This document shows, one piece after another, positions 48,527 through 58,139 of a DNA stretch of 64,000 bases. Under the pieces are notes generated by a model. It saw only the letters and a list, made by a program, of their open reading frames with translations. It was not told the DNA's origin and ran no database searches. How positions within the stretch are numbered: the stretch's first letter is position 1; each line of letters starts with the position of its first letter. Source of the DNA: Acidimicrobiaceae bacterium (GTDB lineage Bacteria; Actinomycetota; Acidimicrobiia; Acidimicrobiales; RAAP-2); NCBI GenBank assembly GCA_025350565.1, contig JANXXO010000034.1, positions 30,577 to 94,576 on the forward strand. The letters are read 5' to 3'. A program made the position numbers and the translations under genes.

Positions 48527-51500
48527 ATGGAGTCCCTCACTCGACCACCCTTCGCACGCCCGACGAGTACGGACCCGTACCTCAGCGCGCTACGCGACCA
48601 TGTGCTCATCTACGACGGAGCGACCGGCACCAACTTTCAGCTGCAAGACCTTCAGGCCGACGACTTCGGCGGCGCGGCCTTCGAGGGCTGCAACGAGATG
48701 CTCGTCATCACCAAACCCGACGCCGTCGAGAAGCTGCACCGATCGTTCCTCGATTTAGGGGTCGACGTCATCGAGACCAACTCCTTCGGCGCCTTCTCGG
48801 TCGTCCTCAACGAGTACGGCATCGGCGAGCGCGCTCACGAACTGGCCCTCGAGTCGGCGCGAATCGCTCGGCGCGTGGCCGACGAGTACGCCAGTCCTTC
48901 GACCCCGAAATTCGTGGCCGGATCCATTGGTCCCGGCACCAAGTTCCCATCGCTCGGCCAGATTTCCTACGATAATCTCTCGGCCAGCTACGAAGAGATG
49001 GCCTACGGACTGTTAGAAGGTGGCGTCGACCTGCTCATCGTCGAGACAATGTACGACCTGTTGTCGGGAAAGGCCGCCATCGCTGCCTGTCATCGCGCCA
49101 TGGTCCGCCACGGGCGGGTGGTCCCCATCCAGGCCCAAGTCACCATCGAACTCACCGGACGAATGCTGCCCGGCACCGAAATCGGGGCCGCCATCACCGC
49201 GCTCAGCCCGCTGGGCATCGACGTCCTCGGACTCAACTGCGCCACAGGTCCCGTCGAAATGTACGAACCACTCCGTCAACTCTCCGACACGGCACCGATG
49301 CCCCTTTCCTGTCTACCGAACGCTGGGCTGCCGAGCGTCGTCGAGGGCAAGATGCATTACGACCTCACGCCCGATGCCTTGGCCGAACATCTGGCCAAAT
49401 TCGTCACCGAATACGGCGTGCAAGCGGTCGGGGGCTACTGTGGCACGACGCCCGACCACGTGGCGCGCGTCATCGAAACGATCCGTCCGTTGCGAGCCGC
49501 GACGAGGACACCGCTCCTCGAACCGGCCGTGGCGTCGATCTATTCGGCCACCACCTACCAACAGGACCGTTCGGTCCTGTTGGTAGGTGAACGCACGAAC
49601 GCCAACGGCTCGAAGAAGTTCCGCGAAGCCATGCTTGAAGGTGATTGGGACGCCTGCGTGGGGATTGGTCGGGACCAAATCAAAGAAGGCGCCCACATCC
49701 TCGACGTGTGCGTGGACTACACCGGGGCCGACGGCGTGAGCGACATGAACGAGATCATGAGTCGTCTGGCGACGCAGTCGTCGGTACCCATCATGGTCGA
49801 CACGACCGAGACCAAAGTGGCGCGCCAAGCGCTTACCTGGCTCGGCGGCAAAGCGCTGCTCAATTCGGTGAACCTCGAAGAGGGTGACGGACCCGGTACG
49901 CGCCTCGATGGGTTCCTCTCACTCGCGGCGGAGTTCGGCGCGGCGGTGGTCGCTACCTGCATTGACGAAGAGGGGCAAGCCCGAACGGCCGACTGGAAAG
50001 TCCGGGCGGCGCGCGCCATCACCGACCTGGCCGTGCAGCGCTACGGACTCGACCCGCGCGACATCTTCATTGACACCCTGGCCCTCCCCCTCTCCACCGG
50101 GATGGTCGACTCGCGCCGCGACGGCATCGAGACGTTAGAGGCCATTCGACGAGTGAAGATTGAAGTGCCGGGCGTTCGCACCATCCTCGGACTGTCCAAT
50201 ATTTCGTTCGGGCTGAACCCCGCCGCTCGCCAGGTTCTCAACAGCGTCTTTCTCCACGAGGCGGCCGAAGCCGGTCTGGACGCGGCCATCGTGCACGCGT
50301 CCAAGATCTTGCCCCTGCACCGTATCGATGAGGAAGCGCGCCGCGTCTGCCTGGACTTGATCTACGACCGGCGCAACGATGAGTACGACCCCCTCACGGT
50401 GTTGTTGGGTCTCTACGAGGGCGTCTCGGCCTCGAACGCCGCGACCGATTCCCTCGACGACCTCGAACTCAACGACCGGTTACGGCGACGCATTATCGAC
50501 GGTGCGCGCGTAGGACTCGAACTCGACCTCGACGAGGCCATGGCCCTGGGCATGACCGCGCTCGACATCGTCAATACGCTGCTCCTTGACGGCATGCACG
50601 AGGTAGGGGACCTCTTTGCCTCGGGCGACATGCAGTTGCCCTTCGTGCTCCAGAGCGCCGAGACCATGAAGTCGGCCGTGGCCCACCTCGAACCGCACAT
50701 GGAAAAGAGCGACCAAGGCGGGCGCGGACGGGTGGTGCTCGCCACCGTCAAAGGCGACGTGCACGACATTGGCAAGAACCTGGTGGACATCATCCTCACC
50801 AATAACGGGTACGAGGTCTTCAACCTGGGCATCAAGGTCGGCGTGAACGAGATGCTGAGCGCGCTCGAAGAGCATCAGGCCGACGCCCTCGGGATGAGCG
50901 GACTGCTCGTGAAGAGCACGCTCATCATGCGTGAGAACCTGGAACTCATGAACGAACGCGGCATGAGCCACGTCCCGGTGCTCTTGGGTGGCGCCGCGCT
51001 CACGCGAACGTACGTGGAGCGTGATCTGCGCCAGGTCTACTCCGGACGGGTCTTCTACGGAAAGGACGCCTTCGAAGGACTGCGCGTGCTCGATCGACTC
51101 GGCGAGCTGCGTCGAGGTGATGAAGAGGACCCTTCCTTCGGACGCGAGATCTCCGAGAAGAAAGTCTTTCGCCGTCTTCGCGGCGAAGTGCAGGAGGCGC
51201 CCGAGGGCTTACCCGCTCGAAGCCCGGACGTCACCCTGGACAACCCCCTCTTCACGCCACCCTTCCTCGGGAGCCGCGTCGCCAAAGGCATGTCCATCGA
51301 CGCGATCAGTGAGTACCTCAACCTCACGGCCATCTTTCGCAATCAGTGGGGCTTTCGTCCCGAACACGGCGAGGACGACCCCGCCTTCAAAGTACGCGTC
51401 AGTGCGACCCTGCGAGAACAACTCGCCATCGCCAAGGAAGAGAGCCTCTTGGTGCCCCAGGTCGTGTGGGGTCACTACCCCGCCGCGTCCGACGGCAACG

Positions 51501-52033
51501 ACCTCGTCCTGTACGGCGACGACACGAGGGTCTCCGAAGTGGCTCGCTTCACCTTCCCTCGCCAGCACGTCGATCCCTTCCTCTGTATTGCCGACTTCTT
51601 TCGCCCGGTCGACTCAGACGACCTTGACTACGCCAGCTTCATGCTCGTGACCATGGGTTCGCGGGTCTCGCAACGATGTCAGGAACTCTTCGCCGAGAAT
51701 CGCTACACCGACTACCTGTTGCTCCACGGCCTCGGCGTGGAGATGGCCGAGGCTCTCGCCGAAATGTGGCACAAACGCATTCGCGAGGAACTGGGCATCG
51801 TCCAAGAGGACGGTCCTACGTTGACCGGACTCTTCCGTCAGCAGTATCGCGGAGGACGCTACTCGTGGGGCTACCCCGCCTGTCCCGATCTCACCGACAA
51901 CGCCAAGGTCGCCCAGCTGCTTGAGAGCGAACGAATTGGGGTGACCGTCTCGGAAGGCTTTCAACTCAATCCCGAGCAGACGACCGACGCCATCATCTGT
52001 CATCACCCCATGGCCAAATACTTCGTGGCCTAA
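48527..52033 (+). CDS. metH: Cobalamin-dependent methionine synthase
   Basis: DGATGT, GLNC, GERTNANGS, B12 motif DVHDIGKN and RYSWGYPACPDL. The zinc motif reads GGYC (see findings). Confidence 0.95.
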   Translation: MESLTRPPFARPTSTDPYLSALRDHVLIYDGATGTNFQLQDLQADDFGGAAFEGCNEMLVITKPDAVEKLHRSFLDLGVDVIETNSFGAFSVVLNEYGIGERAHELALESARIARRVADEYASPSTPKFVAGSIGPGTKFPSLGQISYDNLSASYEEMAYGLLEGGVDLLIVETMYDLLSGKAAIAACHRAMVRHGRVVPIQAQVTIELTGRMLPGTEIGAAITALSPLGIDVLGLNCATGPVEMYEPLRQLSDTAPMPLSCLPNAGLPSVVEGKMHYDLTPDALAEHLAKFVTEYGVQAVGGYCGTTPDHVARVIETIRPLRAATRTPLLEPAVASIYSATTYQQDRSVLLVGERTNANGSKKFREAMLEGDWDACVGIGRDQIKEGAHILDVCVDYTGADGVSDMNEIMSRLATQSSVPIMVDTTETKVARQALTWLGGKALLNSVNLEEGDGPGTRLDGFLSLAAEFGAAVVATCIDEEGQARTADWKVRAARAITDLAVQRYGLDPRDIFIDTLALPLSTGMVDSRRDGIETLEAIRRVKIEVPGVRTILGLSNISFGLNPAARQVLNSVFLHEAAEAGLDAAIVHASKILPLHRIDEEARRVCLDLIYDRRNDEYDPLTVLLGLYEGVSASNAATDSLDDLELNDRLRRRIIDGARVGLELDLDEAMALGMTALDIVNTLLLDGMHEVGDLFASGDMQLPFVLQSAETMKSAVAHLEPHMEKSDQGGRGRVVLATVKGDVHDIGKNLVDIILTNNGYEVFNLGIKVGVNEMLSALEEHQADALGMSGLLVKSTLIMRENLELMNERGMSHVPVLLGGAALTRTYVERDLRQVYSGRVFYGKDAFEGLRVLDRLGELRRGDEEDPSFGREISEKKVFRRLRGEVQEAPEGLPARSPDVTLDNPLFTPPFLGSRVAKGMSIDAISEYLNLTAIFRNQWGFRPEHGEDDPAFKVRVSATLREQLAIAKEESLLVPQVVWGHYPAASDGNDLVLYGDDTRVSEVARFTFPRQHVDPFLCIADFFRPVDSDDLDYASFMLVTMGSRVSQRCQELFAENRYTDYLLLHGLGVEMAEALAEMWHKRIREELGIVQEDGPTLTGLFRQQYRGGRYSWGYPACPDLTDNAKVAQLLESERIGVTVSEGFQLNPEQTTDAIICHHPMAKYFVA

Positions 52034-52055
52034 CGGCAGTTCTCGTCCCGGTGAC

Positions 52056-52259
52056 CTAGTCCAGGCGATACACCTTGTGCGCATTGCGAAAGAACAAAAG
52101 TTCCTGTTCGTCGCGTGAGAAGTCGGCGATGATCTCGGCGTAGGCGCTCACCACGGGGTCGGAGGCCTGAAAGGGAACCAGTGACGGATGGGCCGAGTGG
52201 TGCGTTCGCACGGGATCGAAGTCGCTGTTGAGCGCCCAGGCGGCGGGATACTTGAGCAT
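52056..52259 (-). pseudogene. Remnant of an amidohydrolase-family gene (C-terminal end, probably internally deleted)
   Basis: AYAEIIADFSRDEQELLFFRNAHKVYRL resembles the C-terminus of amidohydrolase_2 proteins; only 67 codons. Confidence 0.5.
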
Positions 52260-52301
52260 GGACATACGCCAAAGAAGGGTAAAACGACGATCGACATCGA
52301 G
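52259..52301 (+). repeat. 43-bp copy (1 mismatch) of lpdA coding sequence; inverted partner at 57375-57417
   Basis: TGGACATACGCCAAAGAAGGGTAAAACGACGATCGACATCGAG equals the reverse complement of 57375-57417 except at one base. Confidence 0.9.
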
Positions 52302-52356
52302 ATTATGCGTCGTTCGGGAACCGTCCCGACACGCGCTCATTCGCCACGTTCGTTCA

Positions 52357-52782
52357 CTAGAGGAGATTGACGGCCCATTTTGCGCACGCGACGACGGTCA
52401 CGTCGAAAATTTGCCACTGAAGAAGCCACGTCAGCGCCTTCGATTGCACGTAGGCGTCGAGCGTTTTCATGTTGGTCGAACGAGCTTCGTACCTAAGAAT
52501 GGGCACCAGCACGCGAAGGGAGTTTTTGGCCTGCGCCATCGTCGCTTCCTTTTGAAGTTTCTCGAAATACCCAAGGTGCTCCCTCGCCCAACGTCGGTAA
52601 ATGGTCGCAGCGCCACTGGTCGGGGGGGTTGGGTGTGACGCAATCATCGCCTGGCAGTATGGATTGACGCTCACTTCACGCCCCGTCGTCGCCCCCGCTG
52701 ACGGTACGAGCAGCGCACCGAGCGCCAGTGCGACGGCGACCGCACCGGCGAGCGATTTCGAGCGCAGCGAACACCTTGACAT
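52357..52782 (-). CDS. Hypothetical secreted protein
   Basis: Signal-peptide-like start (MSRCSLRSKSLAGAVAVALALGALLVPSAGA); no recognised domain. Confidence 0.55.
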   Translation of the reverse strand: MSRCSLRSKSLAGAVAVALALGALLVPSAGATTGREVSVNPYCQAMIASHPTPPTSGAATIYRRWAREHLGYFEKLQKEATMAQAKNSLRVLVPILRYEARSTNMKTLDAYVQSKALTWLLQWQIFDVTVVACAKWAVNLL

Positions 52783-52921
52783 GGGCAGCCCGCTCCTTCG
52801 CCGAGGTGTCAAGTACCGCGCTGGATCGACACCACGCCTAGGAGCGTAGTACCGGCGTCGTTCAACTTCACTAGCAAGACGTCGAGGGGAACCGTTGGAC
52901 GTGACTAACGAACGACGGCGA

Positions 52922-53689
52922 CTATTCGGAGGGTTGACCCGCTCCCATAATGGTGACCGCACAGTTCATTATTGGCTCAACGAAGACGCAGATGGCGCTG
53001 CCGGGAACCGGCATCTCCTCCACCACGATGGTCGCACCGAGTTCGCGCAACTTCGCTCGGGCGTCTTCGAGTTGGTCGACGATATACAGCGGACTCCATT
53101 GGGCAGTCGGTCGCTCGGGAACCTGGTTCTCGGACACGCTTGCGAACCATTGCTCGCCTTGCGCCAAAATCTTCATGCCGGGCGAAGGCTCGATGACGCT
53201 ATGACCGGTGATGCCTTCGTAGTAGATCGCGGCGCCGTCGGGGTCATTCGACGAGTGGTCCCACCAGCCGGGCGCGCCCGCTTCGTAGTTCACGCCAAAG
53301 CCAGCGAAATCACCGGCTTGCCAGAATCCGTGCACGGCGCCAGTGGGGTCGCTCACCAGAGCCATCGATCCGGCGCCCGGCACCTCCATGGGTCCCATGA
53401 ACACCGTGCCACCAAGCGCCGACGCCTTCGAGGCCGACGCGTCGATGTCGTCGGTGAGAAAGTACGGAATGAGCGAGCCGGACCCGCCAGGACCCTGCCC
53501 GAGACCCATGACCGGTTCGCCGTTAAGGCTGGCGATGGAGTAGTAACCCATCTCCTCACCGCTGACGTCCCAGGTCCAGCCGTAGAGGGAGGTGTAGAAG
53601 TCCATGACACCTTGGCGTTGTTCGGCCGTCTCGACCATGACGTCGTTCCAGACGGGCATTCCATTAACGTGCGTCTCAATTTTTGGCAT
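52922..53689 (-). CDS. Two-domain VOC family protein (Cfp30B/TB27.3-like)
   Basis: G.PVW.D, FYTSLYGW, ASALGGTV.MGPMEVPGAG and DPTGA motifs, with a duplicated domain. Confidence 0.85.
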   Translation of the reverse strand: MPKIETHVNGMPVWNDVMVETAEQRQGVMDFYTSLYGWTWDVSGEEMGYYSIASLNGEPVMGLGQGPGGSGSLIPYFLTDDIDASASKASALGGTVFMGPMEVPGAGSMALVSDPTGAVHGFWQAGDFAGFGVNYEAGAPGWWDHSSNDPDGAAIYYEGITGHSVIEPSPGMKILAQGEQWFASVSENQVPERPTAQWSPLYIVDQLEDARAKLRELGATIVVEEMPVPGSAICVFVEPIMNCAVTIMGAGQPSE

Positions 53690-53780
53690 GACGGCAGTAT
53701 TCCACAAGATCGTGACATTTGCTCCGGAGGCATGCGACCCGTTGGCGGGTAATTTGAGGTGCCAACGCGTCGAGTTCGCT

Positions 53781-55406
53781 CTAGCGCCGACCGGGAGCTG
53801 CGACCGGAGTAGCGGTACTCAACGCTTCGCGCGCGTGGTAACTCGAGCGAGTGAGCGGCGACGACTGCACGTGCAAGAGCCCGAGCCTTTTACCGCGCTC
53901 CGCGAGGTCCGCGAATTCCGAGGGCTCCCACCATCGCGCGACCGGAAGGTGTTGTTCGGTCGGGCGAAGATACTGCCCTATCGTCGCGATCGAGACGCCC
54001 ACCGCGGCCATGTCCGCGAGCACCTCTTCTACTTCGTCAGCCGTTTCACCGAGTCCGACCATCAATCCCGACTTCGCGGTGAGACCGGCGCGAACACTGC
54101 GAGCGAGCACGGTCAGCGACCGCGCGTAACCGGCGCTCGGGCGCACCGCTCGTTGCAATCGCGCGACCGTCTCGACGTTGTGGTTCATGACGTCCGGTCG
54201 CGCATCAATGATCAGTTGCAGCGACGCCGCGTCACCCTTTAAGTCGCTGGTGAGCACTTCCACGTTGGTGTCGGGTGAGCGTTCGCGGATGGCGAGGACG
54301 GTCGCCGCGATGGCGCCCGCTCCCCCGTCGGCCAGATCGTCACGCGCCACACAGGTAATGACAGCGTGCGCCAGTTTCAATCGGACCACGGCCTCGGCCA
54401 CGCGTTCGGGCTCCGTGGGGTCGAGCGCGAAGGGCTTGCGGGTGTCAATGAGGCAGAATCCGCAGGCCCTCGTACAACGCTCCCCGTTGACCATGAAGGT
54501 CGCCGTTCCCGCGGACCAGCATTCAAAAATGTTGGGACAGCCCGCCTCTTCGCACACGGTCACGAGGCGCAGGTCCTCGGTCAGGGTTCGAAGCGATTGA
54601 TACTCGTTACCCATGTGTGCCTCGATACGAAGCCAGTCGGGCTTTCGAGACCGAATCGGGATCCCGGCGTCGGGGTCGACGCCGGCTTTGCGCAGGCGGC
54701 GAAGGAGCGGGCGCTCGTTCGACGTCGTCGCGCGACTGCGATCGACGCGCGCCACGTGGGCCGGTCCCCCGAGCCGCGCTTCCAACTCCACGCCCAACTG
54801 CTCATCAACGTCGAGGGACGTGACGTCGAGGCCCAGCGACGAAAGCGACGCCACGGGCTTGTCGGCAATGCCGCAGGGGACGATGGCGTCAAAGCCCTTC
54901 ATGTCAATGTCCACGTTCAGGGCCACGCCGTGGAGCGTTCTGCGCAGGCCCGCCTGGTTGCGCTCCGTGCGCACTCCCACGGCGGCAATTTTCGAAGGGG
55001 TCCCCTCGACGTCGACCCAGACACCCGGGTAGCCGGCCAGTCGACCGACGACGCCCAAGTGACCCGACGGATCGAAGTGGCGAACCGTAGCGATGACTGC
55101 GTCCTCCAACTTCGTCACGTGGGACTTGCCGGCCGAGGGATCATCGGCCACCGTCACGATCGCCCACGCCACGACTTGTCCCGGTGCGTGGTACGTGACG
55201 TCGCCGCCGCGGTCGGCGTCGATCACTACTGCGTCCAATGAGGAAATCGGGACGAGAAAGTTTTCGTCGCGGGTGCGAATTCCTCTCGTGTACGTGGCGG
55301 GGTGTTCGAACACGAGGACATAGTCGTCGCGCGACTCCATTAGTGCGCGTTGAAAATCGTTCGCCTCGGCGAAGGAGATCCGCCCGAGGTGACGGCGGCG
55401 CAACAT
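53781..55406 (-). CDS. lipB-lipA: Fused octanoyltransferase LipB and lipoyl synthase LipA
   Basis: LipB motifs EHP..YT.G, DRGGDVTYH.PGQ, KIAAVG, HG.ALN, PCG; LipA motifs CEEAGCPNIFEC, CTRACGFC, RSSYHA; one frame. Confidence 0.92.
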   Translation of the reverse strand: MLRRRHLGRISFAEANDFQRALMESRDDYVLVFEHPATYTRGIRTRDENFLVPISSLDAVVIDADRGGDVTYHAPGQVVAWAIVTVADDPSAGKSHVTKLEDAVIATVRHFDPSGHLGVVGRLAGYPGVWVDVEGTPSKIAAVGVRTERNQAGLRRTLHGVALNVDIDMKGFDAIVPCGIADKPVASLSSLGLDVTSLDVDEQLGVELEARLGGPAHVARVDRSRATTSNERPLLRRLRKAGVDPDAGIPIRSRKPDWLRIEAHMGNEYQSLRTLTEDLRLVTVCEEAGCPNIFECWSAGTATFMVNGERCTRACGFCLIDTRKPFALDPTEPERVAEAVVRLKLAHAVITCVARDDLADGGAGAIAATVLAIRERSPDTNVEVLTSDLKGDAASLQLIIDARPDVMNHNVETVARLQRAVRPSAGYARSLTVLARSVRAGLTAKSGLMVGLGETADEVEEVLADMAAVGVSIATIGQYLRPTEQHLPVARWWEPSEFADLAERGKRLGLLHVQSSPLTRSSYHAREALSTATPVAAPGRR

Positions 55407-56597
55407 TTAGCGCTCACCTTCGACGTCGAGGTTGGCCAAGAGTTCCCCGACGCGCTCGAGATAGCTCGCCGCCCCTACTGGTTCGCAGATGCGATGATCG
55501 AATGAAAGGCCGAGCACGACCCGTCGACCGATGTCGAGGGTGCGGGCCTCGCCCGACTGGACGACCACCGGCACTTCTCGAACGGCGCCAATCGAGAGGA
55601 CGGCCACTTGGGGCCGGATGATGATTGGTTGGGTCCACAAGGTGTGCGGGCTCGGAGCGCCGAGAACCGTAAAGGTGCCGCCCATGAGATCGTCCGTGGT
55701 CAGGCGTCGCGACGCGACGCGTTCGTCGAGCTCGCGTACGCGCCGGGCCAACGCACGCAACGTCAGGCCGGCAGCCGCGTGCACGACGGGCACGAGCATG
55801 CCGTCGTCGGCCACCGCGCGAACGAATCCGAGATTTACCGAGCGGTGGACGACCAACTCGTCACCGTTGTGGGTAGCGTTCAGGAACTCGAACTCGCCGA
55901 GCGCGCGCACGGCGGCGATGCTGATCACCATCTCGTCGGAAACCTCGAATCCGTCGCGGGTCATTCGGCCAAGTTCGTCGAGCCTCTGGAAGATCGCGCC
56001 GTCCACCTCAATGGCGACGAATCCGTGAGGTGTCACCTGCGCCGATTCGGTCATGTGTTGACCCATGCGGCGACGTCCGTTAGAGAGCGACACCACCGTC
56101 TCCTGGGTGGGGCCGTCGAGCACGGCCCGCTCGGCGTCGCGACGGGTGATGGCCCCGCCGGGCCCACTTCCGGTGAGAGCGGAGGCTTCCACGCCACCGT
56201 CGGCGAGAATTCGTCGCACGACCGGCGACACGACCACGCCACTCGTCGCGTCGAGATGTGGAGTGGCCTCGGAGGCCGTCACGGCCGCCGCGGGGGTTGG
56301 GGCGTCGTCATGGGCACGGGCTTCGACCCCTGGCGCGTGGGGCGTTAACCGTTCGGCGGCACCGGTGTCGTCAATCACCGCCACGCGGGAACCGGTCTGT
56401 ACTGTGTCACCCTCGTCGGCCAAAATCTCGGTCAAGATACCGGCGGCCGGCGAAGGCATCTCGGAGTCGACCTTGTCCGTCGAGACTTCAAAGAGTGGCT
56501 CATCGCGCGCGACCGAGTCGCCCACCTTTTTGAACCATTGAGTGATGATTCCTTCGGTGACGGACTCGCCGAGCGAGGGGAGGGTGACGTCGGTCAT
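55407..56597 (-). CDS. Dihydrolipoamide acyltransferase E2-like protein (lipoyl, E3-binding, divergent catalytic domain)
   Basis: VSTDKVDSE lipoyl motif, SPVVRRIL..TGSGPGG.ITRRD, FDHRICEP. Confidence 0.85.
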   Translation of the reverse strand: MTDVTLPSLGESVTEGIITQWFKKVGDSVARDEPLFEVSTDKVDSEMPSPAAGILTEILADEGDTVQTGSRVAVIDDTGAAERLTPHAPGVEARAHDDAPTPAAAVTASEATPHLDATSGVVVSPVVRRILADGGVEASALTGSGPGGAITRRDAERAVLDGPTQETVVSLSNGRRRMGQHMTESAQVTPHGFVAIEVDGAIFQRLDELGRMTRDGFEVSDEMVISIAAVRALGEFEFLNATHNGDELVVHRSVNLGFVRAVADDGMLVPVVHAAAGLTLRALARRVRELDERVASRRLTTDDLMGGTFTVLGAPSPHTLWTQPIIIRPQVAVLSIGAVREVPVVVQSGEARTLDIGRRVVLGLSFDHRICEPVGAASYLERVGELLANLDVEGER

Positions 56598-56723
56598 TGT
56601 CATTACTCTACGGGGAACCGCCCCTGCACTTACCCGTCGCCGCGCCGCCGCGTAGACCGAACGAGTACGTCTCGCAGGTCAACCGTTCGAGATTCTCCAG
56701 ATTTGCTTCCCGCGCCTACTGCG

Positions 56724-58139
56724 TTAACTGACGTGGAGTCCGCGTCCAGCGAGCGCCAACAGCGTCTCGCCGAAGGTCTCCGAGAGTGACGGGTGCGGTT
56801 GAATGAGCGCCGCCGCCTCCTCCGCGGTCGCCTCCCAGTTGACGGCGAAGTAGCCCGCACCCAACTGTTCGGTGACCCATGGCCCGGCCATGTGGACACC
56901 CAGGATCTGGCCCGCCGTCCCGTCAGCCCGCTTCTCGGCGATGATCTTGACGACGCCTTCGGTGTCGCCGATGATCTGGGCCCGACTGTTACCACCGAAG
57001 GGATCTTTCTTCACCACGATCTCGTAGCCCTTTTCTTTGGCGCTGGCCTCGGTAAGTCCGCAAAAGGCCACCTCGGGATTCGAGTAAATCGCCCACGGCA
57101 CGCGGTCGTAGTCCACGGGGATCGCCGGCTCACCCAGGATGGTTTTGATGGCGACGATGGCCTCGGCAAAGCCCACGTGCGCGAGTTGGGGCGTGCCGGC
57201 AACCACGTCGCCGACGGCGTAGACGTGGGGATTCGCGGTGCGCATGTTGCCGTCAGCGACCACGAAGCCCCGCTCATTGATTTCGACACCCGTGCCGTCA
57301 CCCAGCAGACCTTCGGTTCGAGGTCGGCGACCAACCGACATGACGATCATGTCGACAGTGACGTCATCGGCGCCCTCGATGGCGATCGTCGTTTTACCCT
57401 TCTTTGGCGTATGTCCAGTGATGCTGACACCGGTCTTGATATCAATGCCACGCTTCTTAAAGGCACGACCGACTACGGTCGCGACTTCCGTGTCGCAACC
57501 GGTGAGAATGGTCGGCAACGCCTCGAGGATGGTGACGGTCGTACCCATGTCAGCGAGCATGGAAGCGAATTCGCAGCCAATCGCCCCACCCCCGATGACG
57601 GCGGCCGTGGCGGGTAGGGCGCCGAGATCTAAGAACTCATCAGAAGTGACCACCACCGTGCCGTCCACGTCGAAACCGGGCAAGGTGCGCGGTACCGAAC
57701 CAGCGGCCAGGATCACGTTCGTGCCTTTGGCGACCACCCCGGCGTCGGCGCCATCGACGACGCTCACCGAACCGTCAGCATCGAGGCGGCCCGTTCCCGC
57801 GAAGGTCGTGATCTTTCGTCCCTTGATGAGTCCGGACAGGCCCTTATAGAGACGTTCGACTATTTCGTTCTTGCGAGCTTGGCTCACTGAAAAGTCGACG
57901 GCCACACCCTTCGTGCTAATGCCGAAAGTGCTGGCGTGCTCGACGGTGCGTCGAACGTGCGCCGTCTCGAGAAACTCCTTGGCGGGCACACAGCCGCGAT
58001 GCAGGCAGGTACCACCCACCTTGTCACGCTCGATAATGGCCACGTTAAGCCCGGCCGACGCGCCGTACAGGGCCGCCGCGTACCCGCCGGGTCCTCCTCC
58101 GATTACGACCACATCGAACTGCTGGACCTCGTTCGTCAC
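56724..58139 (-). CDS. lpdA: Dihydrolipoamide dehydrogenase
   Basis: GGGPGGY, GGTCLHRGCVP, GGGAIGCE and HPSLSE motifs. Confidence 0.95.
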   Translation of the reverse strand: MTNEVQQFDVVVIGGGPGGYAAALYGASAGLNVAIIERDKVGGTCLHRGCVPAKEFLETAHVRRTVEHASTFGISTKGVAVDFSVSQARKNEIVERLYKGLSGLIKGRKITTFAGTGRLDADGSVSVVDGADAGVVAKGTNVILAAGSVPRTLPGFDVDGTVVVTSDEFLDLGALPATAAVIGGGAIGCEFASMLADMGTTVTILEALPTILTGCDTEVATVVGRAFKKRGIDIKTGVSITGHTPKKGKTTIAIEGADDVTVDMIVMSVGRRPRTEGLLGDGTGVEINERGFVVADGNMRTANPHVYAVGDVVAGTPQLAHVGFAEAIVAIKTILGEPAIPVDYDRVPWAIYSNPEVAFCGLTEASAKEKGYEIVVKKDPFGGNSRAQIIGDTEGVVKIIAEKRADGTAGQILGVHMAGPWVTEQLGAGYFAVNWEATAEEAAALIQPHPSLSETFGETLLALAGRGLHVS

